From positions 19,778,001-19,842,000 of the forward strand of contig OZ024747.1 of the NCBI GenBank assembly GCA_964016885.1: a stretch of 64,000 nt of DNA, in the 5' to 3' direction. This stretch comes from Eledone cirrhosa (Eukaryota). The notes beneath the pieces were generated by a model that saw only the letters and a list, made by a program, of their open reading frames with translations, did no database searches and was not told the DNA's origin. Position numbers and translations under genes: made by a program. Positions 1 through 13,461 of the stretch are shown in pieces (position 1 is the stretch's first letter; each line of letters begins with the position of its first letter).

Positions 1-1132
1 ATTACTTTAGTACAGTATACCTAGGACTATTTATTTGAAACTGGAGCTTGACTTCACCCAAATTATACATCATTCCAAAGAGATTCTTCTGATTACTTAA
101 GATCGACTGTTGGAATTCTAATCAGAAAGCCTGTTTGTGATTTTGTATTTCTATTTCCGTGTTATCTTGCAGAACATATTCTGTTCTTAATCTGTTATTT
201 CATCTTGTAGTGCTTCTGATATTTGCTCAGTAATGAGGAAGGAACAGATATTATAGTTAAAATATTCTATTTTCACATGAATATGGAGTCGCTACATGGT
301 TATTGGAGTGTCTTTGGTTAGAGTAATTACGGCCATGACCAGTCTGTCTTCTGTTGGGCGAATCTAGAATAAAATCATACGATGTCACTTTAAAACGCTA
401 GATTTTGAATTGGCTACTATTTCTACCGAATTCAGCGAACATCTATAGGCGGATCCACTTATTTGAATATATAACGTTATTGGATTTGTAATATCAGTTA
501 CAATGCTATCGCTTCATGCATGACAGTCAATAAATAAATAAATAAATAAATAAATAAATATAAAAAAACTATTTCACCGCTTATGTATGTGGCTTCTTTG
601 AACAGCGGGAATCAAGCAATGGATTTTCTTTGAACAGAATCATTCCGATCAGGGCCACCCAGTCCTTTTCCCATTGTATATCTACTTCCTTGATACCTCC
701 ACATATGTGCATGTGTTGGCGTCGAGTTAGGTTTGTCTAAGGTTCATGCCATGCAGATTGATTTAAGCTGTAAAGAATGTGACTAATTATGTCTAATAGT
801 GCGGGCTTTGGAGGTCATTGGAGAAGTCACGTACACACGAACACTGTCAATTGTGCATTATATCGCATTTTTTTTTGTGAGGAGTGTGGAACGTGTGTTC
901 GTCAGTTGGAGGACAGAAACGTCATTTGAAACTGCCCAAAATCAGGACCGTAACACCTACTGCGAGTTGCCCCAATTGTTGCAACGTCTGTGCAAGAGTG
1001 TACAGGTTCCTAGAAGGACTAAAAAGCCACGATCATGCTGCTCACAATTAATTATCAAGCGATAGCATTACTCGAAATCGAGTTGCTGCTATCATCTATG
1101 TATGTATGTATGTATGTATGTATGTATGTATG

Positions 1133-4100
1133 TTTTCTCTTTCTCTTAATTTTGAGTATATTTTTTGACCGGCCACCATCCTGGTGGCAAGGTTGTAAAA
1201 GAAAAGAAATTGTCATCCCTTGAATCGCAAGAATGTTTTGCAAATTTTGAAGGTGCCAGCTATCGCAGCCATTTGTAGACTATGAATTAGGGAGCTACGC
1301 TTTTTGTCCGCAAATCCAAGTTCAGTCATACTTTGGTCCAAGCGGGTTGATATATAACCCGTAGCACCAATAATGATGGGTATGAAGCTAAAGGTGTATC
1401 TTGGATACTGGATTTGTAAACTCCTCATCAATGGTCCGTAGATGTCCTCCTTCTCCTGTATTTTTCTGACAACGTTTACATCAAGTGGGCAGCTGATCTC
1501 CACAACAGAACACGTTTTCAATGTGTGGTCCCAAACTACAATATCAGGCCGGTTGTGCTTTAATTTGGTGGCAGTTTTTATTTTCAGGTTCCACCAGTAT
1601 TCCTTAGTGCCATCTGTCTCAATATATTCTTCCTCGTTTGTTGTTGATTTTGTTTTCCGAAGTGCGTTCCAGATGGTTCTAGCTATCCCATCGTGTCTCA
1701 TGGGGAGGTAGTAGCGAGATGACATTCTTTCGCAGCTGGCAACAATGTGGCTTACATTCTCGATCTTTGTTTTACATAGCCTACATTTATTGTCAGCTGC
1801 TGGCCCTCCTCTTTTGTGCAGCAGATATTTGGTAGGGAGTTCTTGTTCCTGTATTGCATAGAGATATCCCTCAAGGTGTGATGTCATAAACTTGTCGGAA
1901 CTCCATGCCAGGCTTTTTGAGTGGTTTATCCCCTCTATGGTCTGTGTTTTACGCCTCAAGTATCCATGCACAACTTTTTCTGTAAATTGGTCAATTTTTT
2001 TTTCTTGTTTGAACATTGAATAGGATCTTCCGATTTCTCTGGGTGAGAGATTTATATCGGGCTTTATTCCATATCTCTCCTCCAGATCAGTCGCTATTCT
2101 AATGATATTTCTTTTTTCATGGTCATAAACCTGGGCAAGATGGTTGCCAACCTTTTTCCTCTGTTGAAGGTGTTGCTTCTGTGTCACTATCCAGGTCTCA
2201 TATGTTGTTAATATTGATTTTAGACCCCGGCCACCTTCCTTGCGTGAGAAGTATAGCCTATCCACATCACCATTGATGTTAAAGTTCCCAGTAACACTGA
2301 GAAGTTTTCGAGTTCTAACATCCATCTCACTTAGTTCTTGCAATGACCAGTTCAGTAGGCCAAATGTTGGCGTTAGAATTGGCACAGCATAAGTATTGTG
2401 GGCAATGTATTTGTTGTATGCTGACAGTTCTGATGACCATATTTTCTTTACTCTTCTGAGGTATTCAGTTCTGGTTCTCTCCTTATTTATGGGTCCATCA
2501 TATCTGACATTCTCATCCTGTCCAAGATATCTGTAGTTGTCACCTGACTGCAGAGGTTGTATTGTCAGGCCGTTCATCTCTAGATTTCTAGAGGAGGGCA
2601 CAACTCTTCCACGTTTTACTGCCAAATATGCACATTTGGACTCACCAAATTTCATTTTGATGTCGGTTGAAAATTGTGTAATGAGGTCCAATTGTTTCTT
2701 GATGTCATTGATATTTGGCCCATACAACTTCAGGTCATCAACAAAGAAAAGATGGGAGATACTTCTGGTCCCACTTCTTTGTCGACCTTGTTTCCTGAGT
2801 AGGTAAGATAGTGGATTCAGTGAGAGAACGAAGAGTAGCACTGACAAGCTATCACCCTGAAAGATGCCCTTCTGGTAATGTATCTTATCAGTCTTAACCT
2901 GCTCCTTCTCACCTCTAAGGATCAAACTGGTGTACAAGTTCTTGGTCAGGCGTTCAACAGCAGCTACCAATGGTTGTGGGACTTTAGCTAACTGTAAAGC
3001 CTTAACAATCCACCCATGAGGTACACTATCAAATGCTTTTTGATAGTCCAGCCACACGACAGTCATGTTTCTGCGATTCTTTGTTGTTTTTTCCTGAATC
3101 ATTTTGTTAGTTAGTAGGTGATCTATGCAACCCCACACCTCCCTCTTTCCACCAGCTTGCTCAGGTGTTATGATGTTGTTGGTAGCACAGTGATCCTGTA
3201 AGAACAGGTTAAGGCACCCAGTATATAATTTATACATGATGTTTTGGCAGGCAATTGGGCGGTAATTTTTAGCAAGGGTGGTTTGGCTATTTTGGGGAAT
3301 GAGGAGAGTAGAGGCAGTTGATAACCATCTGGGCAGTTCTTGTGTGCCCTTAATGGTTTCTGTAAACAGCCGTATGAGATCTTGCCGATAGAAAGTGAAA
3401 TTCTTCAACCAGTATCCTGTAATGAGGTCTGGGCCTGGCGATTTCCTATTCGACATTTTCTGTAGAGCTGTTTCCAGTATTGACCCATCTATGTCATATT
3501 GTTTTGTCTGGACATGTTGGCAGTAGTCCTGTTCCAGTTCTTTTAGCCAATTAGCTTGTCTGTTGAATCCGTCATCCGTTTCCCATACAGATCTCCAGTA
3601 GCTCTCAACCTGTTCTTTTGAAGGGGTGTCATTTACAGAGATTGAGCTTTTGCCACCGAAGCTGCGATAAACTGATTTAGGATCTCTGGCAAACAATCTA
3701 TTTAGCACTTGTCGTTTATGTGCTGTTGACTTATATTTTAGTCTTTCTGTTGTAGCTGTGAGTTGTTGTTTCAACTGGTGTAATTTGGAGTTCAAAGTTT
3801 TAAATTTTGTATCTCCAAATCTTCTCTCTAACTTTTTCTTTAGGTCTTCCTGGTGTTGTGTGAAGTTGCTCTCTATGTTGCATTTCATAACGACTGCGAT
3901 GTGTGAGATACTTCGTCTCAGGGACAAAATTTTGGTTTTTAAATTTCGCATCCACGCTGGTTCAGGCTTTCTGTTTGTATCTTGATTGCGTGGTTTTAGA
4001 TGTGTGTTATATGCTAGCAATGTGACAGCTGAATCATATAACAAAACATTAAGCGTTTCAAATGTCGTTTCTACACCTTTAGATCGTATAGCCTTCAGAT

Positions 4101-4158
4101 AATTGCCAGCTATTTCGTTCACCGCTTCCAATTCCAATTTAGTGGGTTCTTTACTGAC
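1133..4158 (-). mobile_element. 5'-truncated R4/Dong-like non-LTR retrotransposon (RT + RLE) inserted in a (TACA)n microsatellite (unit A)
   Basis: Flanked by (TACA)n at ~1098-1132 and ~4159-4257. An ~80-nt 3' UTR ends in a purine-rich tract directly followed by TACA repeats. Homologous coding sequence begins abruptly at the upstream repeat and lacks the N-terminal Myb-like region seen in the 31.8-35.7 kb copy. Confidence 0.92.
1213..4158 (-). CDS. Reverse transcriptase + CCHC zinc knuckle + PD-(D/E)xK restriction-like endonuclease, uninterrupted ~980 codons (track ORF extends to 4290 through the repeat)
   Basis: RT motifs KSPGPD, NYRPIAC, EQAG, WLDYQKAFDSVPH, GIFQGDSLS, FVDD and YRYLG. C-terminal CRLC-x8-H-x4-C, RHD, RPD and EISCP motifs are typical of RLE non-LTR elements. 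Confidence 0.93.
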   Translation of the reverse strand, partial: VSKEPTKLELEAVNEIAGNYLKAIRSKGVETTFETLNVLLYDSAVTLLAYNTHLKPRNQDTNRKPEPAWMRNLKTKILSLRRSISHIAVVMKCNIESNFTQHQEDLKKKLERRFGDTKFKTLNSKLHQLKQQLTATTERLKYKSTAHKRQVLNRLFARDPKSVYRSFGGKSSISVNDTPSKEQVESYWRSVWETDDGFNRQANWLKELEQDYCQHVQTKQYDIDGSILETALQKMSNRKSPGPDLITGYWLKNFTFYRQDLIRLFTETIKGTQELPRWLSTASTLLIPQNSQTTLAKNYRPIACQNIMYKLYTGCLNLFLQDHCATNNIITPEQAGGKREVWGCIDHLLTNKMIQEKTTKNRRNMTVVWLDYQKAFDSVPHGWIVKALQLAKVPQPLVAAVERLTKNLYTSLILRGEKEQVKTDKIHYQKGIFQGDSLSVLLFVLSLNPLSYLLRKQGRQRSGTRSISHLFFVDDLKLYGPNINDIKKQLDLITQFSTDIKMKFGESKCAYLAVKRGRVVPSSRNLEMNGLTIQPLQSGDNYRYLGQDENVRYDGPINKERTRTEYLRRVKKIWSSELSAYNKYIAHNTYAVPILTPTFGLLNWSLQELSEMDVRTRKLLSVTGNFNINGDVDRLYFSRKEGGRGLKSILTTYETWIVTQKQHLQQRKKVGNHLAQVYDHEKRNIIRIATDLEERYGIKPDINLSPREIGRSYSMFKQEKKIDQFTEKVVHGYLRRKTQTIEGINHSKSLAWSSDKFMTSHLEGYLYAIQEQELPTKYLLHKRGGPAADNKCRLCKTKIENVSHIVASCERMSSRYYLPMRHDGIARTIWNALRKTKSTTNEEEYIETDGTKEYWWNLKIKTATKLKHNRPDIVVWDHTLKTCSVVEISCPLDVNVVRKIQEKEDIYGPLMRSLQIQYPRYTFSFIPIIIGATGYISTRLDQSMTELGFADKKRSSLIHSLQMAAIAGTFKICKTFLRFKG

Positions 4159-4227
4159 GTATGTATGCATGTATGTATGTATGTATGTATGTATGTATGT
4201 ATGTATGTATGTATGTATGTATGTATG

Positions 4228-4257
<30 letters not shown>

Positions 4258-4258
<1 letters not shown>

Positions 4259-4772
4259 GGTTTCTTGGTGAGGAGGGTGACTTTGGACATCCTGCAGGAC
4301 TAAAAACAAAACCTGTCAAGGGGCAAAGGAGCTCTTAAGTGTCAATGGCCATCCAAAATCACCTTGAGAGATGATCCCTTAGCCTTTATCAAGGCAGAAT
4401 TCTAGGAGAAGGAAATCTCTGATATAACATCTGCAACCCTGATGGTATCCAATGATGTTGACTTGTTCTTCTTTTTGGTAAATATCATCTTGGTTAAGAG
4501 TGTGGGACTTTCTTTGTGCAGTGCCTTTGCTCACTATAAAAGCTTCACGGCACAGGCATTGCTTTATATCTGGAGATCTCTCTGCACTTGTCATCACATG
4601 GTATCATGGGCCAAGCACTATGTGTCAATAATTGTCACAAGTGTAGTGTTTGTACCAGAGTTTTCAAGTCGCTGGCTGGACTAAAAAGTAACACTCGTTC
4701 AGCCCATCGGTAGGGGTTCTCCTACATGGATATAAAGTAGTGGCCGTACTCGAAAACGAGTTGGCAGCCACC
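4258..4772 (-). mobile_element. ~515-bp non-coding insert between (TACA)n tracts (unit B); putative non-autonomous SINE/SIDE-like element
   Basis: Sharp boundaries at TACA repeats on both sides and no RT homology. Hairpins at the presumed 5' end (GTGGCTG..ACTCG-TTTT-CGAGT..CGGCCAC; CCAT-GTAGG..CCTAC-CG-ATGG). Strand is inferred from neighbouring units. Confidence 0.45.
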
Positions 4773-4796
4773 ATGTATGTATGTATGTATGTATGT

Positions 4797-5706
4797 TCTT
4801 CTGGTTTTATAATTTCACAAAGATTTACCAATAGAATGAGAGTCGGTTTCTAACATAGACACAAGACTCTCTCATTGGAATTTACGCAACATCAACTAGG
4901 TAGATATGTATATATGCATGCATGTGTAGATATGGATGTTATTGTATGTGTGGATGTGTATATTTTGAGTTCTATGTGTGCATGTGTATATGCTTTGTAT
5001 CTGTACATGTGTATATGCAGTTATTAGATGCAAAATGCTTGGAATGTTTTACATATTTTTACTGTTCCATTAATGGATTGTACTTGTAGTTTCCTAACTA
5101 GTTGTGTTATTTCTGTTCCTGTAAAGCCTAGCTTCTCAAGATTTGTATTGAGGCAGTTACTAACATATCCTAGTGCCCCAATAATCATAGGCATAAATCT
5201 GAAGGTGTAATCAGGGTGGAGTATCTGCAGATTTCTCATCAGTTCTGAATAAATATACTCCTTTTCACTAATCTTTGATATTATATTGGCATCTGCTGGG
5301 CAGCTAATTTCCACTACTGTGCATGTTTTCTTCTCCCCGTCCCATATCATAATATCTGGTCTGTTATGCCTGCATTATCATAATATTTGGTCAGTTCTGC
5401 AGAGTCGGCACTTGTTATCACATCTAGGTGTTTTGCCCGCATCCCTATCTCTTTTGTGAATCAGGTATTTCGTGCTAATCTCCTGTTCCTGAATTGCAAA
5501 AGCGTATACTTCAAAGTGGAAGCCCAATATAGCGGTTGTTGGTCCAAGATAGACTACTTTCCTTATCTATATTACTCTCACTCTGGAGCTCCTGTCAACA
5601 TATCCATGCACGGCTTATTGCTGATAGGCATGCAGTTTTTCATCCATGGATTCACTGCGATACTGCTTAGCGACATCCCTGGGTGTGAGTTTTTGATTAT
5701 CACACA
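4797..5706 (-). mobile_element. Degenerate 3' fragment of a second TACA-associated R4/Dong-like family (unit C)
   Basis: Translates in pieces to AIQEQEISTKYLIHKR..DNKCRLC / HNRPDIMIWD..VVEISCP..GTVKICKTF, a clear paralogue of the unit A C-terminus. It has stops, frameshifts and an internal deletion, with (TACA)n on both sides. Confidence 0.88.
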
Positions 5707-7270
<1,564 letters not shown>

Positions 7271-9168
7271 CTACTCATCAATGTTCATGAACGAGGCTCA
7301 TAACAATTCATTTACAATCGTTTATTTTCGTTTTGATAAATATTGGAGAGAGACCAGTGAAAAATATATCATACAATTTATAAATAAAAAAAGAAATTAA
7401 TGCTGATCGTTTATTTTAAAATCATCTGTTATTTAATGTCGTTTTTATTCTGTATTATGTAGCATTCTTGGAGTTGAATTAGTCTTCTGTAGCAAACATT
7501 TTTATAATTTCTTGTAAGTTTGTTTTAAAGATACGTTGTTATATATCTTGTTGGAGTTAGTATCTTTTTTTTACAGTGGTTGTTTATGGTGGCTAAGAGA
7601 AAATATTCTTGTACACAATGTGTTTTCTCTTGATTCCAACTCCATTAATATTTTCTTCAATTTCCATCCTCCCAACTGCGTTCAGATATTTATACAATTG
7701 TACGGAAAATGTGCTGTCAATTCTATGAAATATCAATGTTTACCGGTTGCATCTGCTTGGCCTTGTATTAATAAGAAGCATGATTATTGTTAATAGGACA
7801 AATGCTGGCCTCTGATACAACCTGATACTTTGTGGCCTGGATATTATGATAACCGAATACACTGAAACAAAACCAATGTTTTCGTACCTTATTCACAATC
7901 GGTTACTGTATCCATACATTAATAAGGTAATGGTAAACACTCTCAAGGACTTCTATATCCATTCAAATTGCATAATTGTGTGTATGTGTTTATAATAAAT
8001 TTAGGTAACAAAACTTGTTAATTTTATGAGTTCGTTCGGTACACGTGCGTGTGTATGTATTAAGTAATGGTAACATCACTATCAAAGAGTAATGACGTTC
8101 AAAGCTTTCAACATGCTATGATAGACATGTCATTCATATATCAGGTATCAATAGATCAATAAATTTTAATTTACTGGAGTTACTGTTCACTTCAAACCAC
8201 TTTCACTGTAACAAAATGAAAAACAGAGGAATTGAGATTCAGAAATATTAGGATATGTCCCCTGACATGCATTCTCCTAAATTCTCCTGAATAAATGCTC
8301 CTAAATACACATGTTTTCTTCTACCAGAAGGTACCTGCTATAATTTGTAATACGGTTTCTGATTGAGAAAAATTCGTTTCACAACATAAAAATTCGTATG
8401 AAATTAAGAAACGTCGAAATTAAATATGACCACCAGGGCATACTTAGAATTATGTCGTCTTGGATTTCAACAAAGCCGTCTACACATGGTAAATTCTAAG
8501 CTTATTCCATCACTAGCTCCATTCACACAGATACATTTTACTATATTTACCACAGCTTATTCATGCGAGTAGAAATATGGTATTGAAGTTAATAAGAATT
8601 TATTTGCACCATATAGGAATGACATGTAAATGAATTGATAATTTATCTGAAAACCTGGTGAGTTTTTGTATAACGGAAACAAAGAACGAATCGAAAGAAG
8701 TAAGTTTATTACTGCCAAATACTAATTATTATTGTTAGAATGTACGTCTAAATAAATTCATATAAAACATGAACGTCATAACACATGGACTGATGGATCA
8801 AACTGATGAAATACATTAATTTCAGTGAGGCATTGTTTCTAATTTCTCAAAACTCTGCATGAAAAAAATATATTCTAAAGAGGAATATAACAATAAATAT
8901 TACTGTTCTTCACAAATCATATAGCGCTCATTAATGTAGCTAACTTTCTGTTACATTTTTCATCACTAATTTTATGGCCATATTTTATCAATTATTCATT
9001 TGTCTAATCAGTTAAAATAAACATTAAACTTTTATGGTAACAAGCATGCTGATCATTTGATCATTTGACAGCCAAACAAGAGGAAATAATGAACTGTAGC
9101 ATAATAGTTGAAAGAGTTCGGAAATGTAGCTAATTTCGTCATGCTGCTGATTATATGAAAATAATTGA

Positions 9169-9275
<107 letters not shown>

Positions 9276-9292
9276 ATATATATATGTATATA

Positions 9293-9426
9293 TGCTGAGG
9301 ATCCGCTAAGGTGAAACAATTGTTCTAGGAATGGTGAACTAACTGTTGTGTAACCACTTCTACCTAACTTGTTCCATGGACTGAGTGCTCTACTACTACG
9401 GATATTACCTTCCAGTGGTCCACCAC
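9293..9426 (+). mobile_element. PLE pseudo-LTR-like fragment in (TA)n with a truncated minimal hammerhead
   Basis: CTGAGGA-(TCCGCTAAGGT)-GAAA with palindromic AACAATTGTT stem III; the 5' arm of stem I is missing. Downstream ACTGAGTGCTCT motif resembles other PLE-like tails in the window. Confidence 0.55.
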
Positions 9427-9517
<91 letters not shown>

Positions 9518-9519
9518 AC

Positions 9520-9563
<44 letters not shown>

Positions 9564-9572
9564 ATTGCAAAC

Positions 9573-9780
9573 TTGACTGTCACCACACATTATGAACCTG
9601 AAAATTGCGAAAGCATGAAAGTACTTGTTCAATTAACACTTAACATTTAATATTCTATCATACTATTTCATTATAATACCATTATAAATGTTAAAGGATT
9701 GTAAATAAAACGAGTAAATCAGACAAAGTTGGAATTCCTCTTATTAACATAATCTTCTATACACAATCATACACACCCGT
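9573..9780 (+). mobile_element. ~210-bp TA-flanked HHR-bearing mini-element (copy 1: core and tail co-oriented)
   Basis: TGAAC-CTGAAAA-TTGC GAAA GCAT-GAAAGTACTT-GTTCA at 9593-9631; second copy at 23001-23206. Confidence 0.75.
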
Positions 9781-10407
9781 GTATATTTATCTATCTATCT
9801 ATCTATCTATATATATATATAATATTATTGAATTGAGTACATACCATTTTCAATATATTATATTTTCTGTTCCTGCTTTTTTAAAACAATTCTTACTAAT
9901 AATAAGGAGCATTTTTTTACAGTGTTGCTTGTCTGTCATCGAAATGATAAGTTTCAGGGTACCCAACTGCAGATGTTCTGCCTTACTGGCCGTTGTAGAA
10001 CCTGGGTTTATTATTATGCAACTCCACCCAAATCACGAAATACTATTGTCCAGGAGGGCGGGCGTAATTTTTTCCTAAGTCACTTTTTTTTTATTTATTA
10101 GCATTGGAATGCCACGTGCTCCTTCTTTTAGTAACTAGTTGTTTACTTACCAAGCAATCTCTCTCTCCCCTCTCTCTATCTTTCTATCTCCCCCTCTCTG
10201 TTTCCACACTTCTTTGACGAAAGTCTATTTATGTCACCCTCATTCAATCTTAATTTGTCTGAAGCATATCTTAAGAAGTTTCCATCGTAAGAGGTTTACT
10301 CTTATTTATCTATGTACTCTCTATGCAGTCCTGGTAGATAGACTATCGCTGTTTTCCACCGTCTCTCTGTTGTTTGTTGTCTCATATACATACATATACA
10401 TACATAC

Positions 10408-10447
<40 letters not shown>

Positions 10448-10645
10448 ATATGTGTGTGTGAAGGTTTATGTTTTGGGTTTGTTTATGACCCGTAATATAA
10501 GGGTTTTGTCAAAAATTCGCAGAGAAAAATATTTATTTGTTCGATTAAATCTCTTCAAGTAGATGCCACATCATGGTCGAAAGCTAATGAATGAAACAGC
10601 TAAAAGAAATAGACAAGATGCAAAATTATCTCCACATATCACACT

Positions 10646-11818
10646 ATGTATTTAAATCATTTACAATGGTATAATCCTATCAACATTTATAATTTTGATG
10701 ATTACTATAACGACGCCTTAGCTAGATCCGGCTTTAGGGACAAATTGTATTACACCCAGGGAAATAATGGTCCTAATAGTAGCTCTACCAGTGTTGTTAT
10801 AACACATAATATGGCCATTGGTAATCGAGGTGTCGCGAATGGGAGGGTTCTAAATGCCGGTGGAATGAAACAGCAGGGCACCATTAGTCTAAGTAATAAC
10901 AATAGAGGTGTCGTGAACGGGAGGTTTCTAGATGCCGGTGGAATGAACCAGCAGGGCACCATTAGTCTAAGTAATAGCAATGGTGGGCCTCGCAGCTCCC
11001 CGCATGGACTAGGTGAGCATAGGAACCGTAGAAATAATAATGCTAATAATACTGATGGAAATAGAAAGAATAAAAAGAATAGAAGAAGATTGAATACATA
11101 CTTCAACCCCCCTTTTAATTCTGAAGTGGCTACAAATATTCCTAGGGCCTTCTTCTCTGTGCTAGAACGGAACTTCCCTCCTGGTAATAGGTACCACTCT
11201 ATCCTCAATAAGAATGTTGTTAAACTTTCATATTCTACAACCCAAAATCTAGCCTCTCATCTGGCCATTACTAATAATAAGAAAATAAAGGAAGGCCTGG
11301 ACAACCTAAGCCTAGGGGAAAACACGGTAGTGGATAGAGTGGGCAGTAACACTGGTGGTGATCTTTCTGAGAATAGCATCACCAGAGGTTGTAACTGTAG
11401 AAGGGCTTCGGGCTGCCCCCTGAATGGTTTCTGCCTTGTTAGAAACATAGTTTATGCGTGTGATGTGGTAACTACGGCGTCCACTATGTCCTATATAGGA
11501 TCAACTTCCACCCCCTTTAAGACCAGGTTTAACTCTCATCAATGCACTTTTAGACATAATAAACTGAAGAACTCCACCTCCTTGGCAGCGTACGTCCATA
11601 ATTTAAAAAATGCACGAACACCTTACACACTTACTTGGCGGCAGGTTGCTAAATCCCATCCATATACTCCTCATAGTAGAGTATGCAACCTGTGCCTTGC
11701 CGAATCCCACTCTATTATATTTGCTAAATGCCCTCTACTAAATAGAAAGTCTGAAATTTTTTCCTCTTGCCCCCACCGAATATTAAGCTCTTTCTTCTAC
11801 TTTAAACCTGTTAGCTAG
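10646..11818 (+). CDS. PLE C-terminal linker + zinc-binding region + GIY-YIG endonuclease, no RT core (5'-truncated; first ~15 codons probably foreign)
   Basis: YYNDALARSGF, YFNPPF..V.TNI, CNCR-x4-CPL-x3-C, IVY..YIGST..FKTRFNSH, CNLCLAE and LLNRKSEIFSSCPH match Penelope-like element C-termini. Confidence 0.88.
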   Translation: MYLNHLQWYNPINIYNFDDYYNDALARSGFRDKLYYTQGNNGPNSSSTSVVITHNMAIGNRGVANGRVLNAGGMKQQGTISLSNNNRGVVNGRFLDAGGMNQQGTISLSNSNGGPRSSPHGLGEHRNRRNNNANNTDGNRKNKKNRRRLNTYFNPPFNSEVATNIPRAFFSVLERNFPPGNRYHSILNKNVVKLSYSTTQNLASHLAITNNKKIKEGLDNLSLGENTVVDRVGSNTGGDLSENSITRGCNCRRASGCPLNGFCLVRNIVYACDVVTTASTMSYIGSTSTPFKTRFNSHQCTFRHNKLKNSTSLAAYVHNLKNARTPYTLTWRQVAKSHPYTPHSRVCNLCLAESHSIIFAKCPLLNRKSEIFSSCPHRILSSFFYFKPVS

Positions 11819-13410
11819 CACGTCCTTATTCCTCCAGTTGGGCTGTCTTGTGTAACTGTCTCTGACTGAGTGTAACTGTCTCCTAATGTTGGTCGTCTAT
11901 GTATACGAGTCTGTGAATGTATACGTATGCCTGTGGGAGGATATTGATCTTGATATTGGGGTGTGCAGGGGAGTGTATGTTAATAAGCACCCCTGTTTGG
12001 TACAGTGGATGTAACCCATCCACGCTGGCCTACCCACCATTAGTGCATTGGTGGACCTATCCTGACGTATATCTTGTTGATCTGTACCTCTGTATGCGCA
12101 TGAGTTGTGATGTAATGTATTTATGTAAAGCGTGTACTGTGATTTAGGCTGCACTAGTAGAAATTTAGCCTGTAACTGTGGCGGACCCGAGCCATCCTGC
12201 CGTAAGCAGTGGATACGTGGCGCATATATGTGTTGCCCTCATATTCTGTGGTTCAAGATCTACAGGCTGACCTCTGGGAACTCTTACCCGGGGTTGTAGT
12301 CTTTATAGCACGATCGGCCTTCCTTATATTGATGGTCGTTTTTATGATCCCGAAAGTAACGTTTTGGCCCCGATGGCCCTCCGTAGTTACTAACGGTCTG
12401 TGTACACTCGAATCGGTCAATGGCACGTGCAGACATGAATATCTCCGTAGGATTTCAACTTTATTTTAATACATCTCATCGTATGTATTTGTTTTGAATA
12501 TATTACCTGTGGTGGTGGGTCTGATCTAATGTGGTATTTCGGTGTTTAATATTTAATATTGTATTTAATATCGTATTTAATATCGGCTTTGACCCGGGTG
12601 TCCTACGCTGTGTGTGTGTGCGTGTGTGCCCGTGTATACATTTATATGTGTATGGGTGTAGGTGGTTATATGTGTCTGTGTGTATATATAAACAAATATA
12701 TATATATATATGTATACCGTCTCTGCATGTGCATGTGGTGTGTATACGTGCATATACGTACTGAACATATTGATGTGTACAATCTTGTGATGTCCCAATG
12801 CGGTGACTTAATGGCTTTTATATTTTGTATGCGCTACAACTGTATCTGCTTGATTTAACATCACGCTTGCTAATGCTAATGCATGTGAATTCTTCTACCT
12901 CCTTTGATGCACCTTTCTGACCATTTGACTCCTGCCCGTGTTGAACCGGTTTGTGATTACCCCACCGCTCGAGTGATACTGGTGACTGTGACACTTAGCG
13001 CCTTCGTGGGCCCCTGATGTTTTCAAGAAATATTTAAAAAAAAAATTGGTGTGTGAACCGGTTTGTGATTACCCCACCGCTCAACTGTGTGAATGCACAC
13101 CCATGACTTTCGAGTGAACTTTCGAGACTGCCCAACCTGGGACGCCTCCATTGCCTTGCAATGGTCAAGTGATACTGGTGACTGTGACACTTAGTGCCTT
13201 CGTGGGCCCCTGATGTTTTCAAGAAGTGTGTTTTGAAAAATTGGTCAAGTGATACACATAACTGTGACATTTAGTGCCTTCGTGGGCCCCTGATATATTT
13301 AAGAGATATATTCTAAAAAAATATATATCTTATCTCAATTTACTTTATTTCATTTTATTTTATTTCATTTCATGTTATCTAATTTTATTTATTTACTTAC
13401 TTGACTCCAT

Positions 13411-13461
<51 letters not shown>

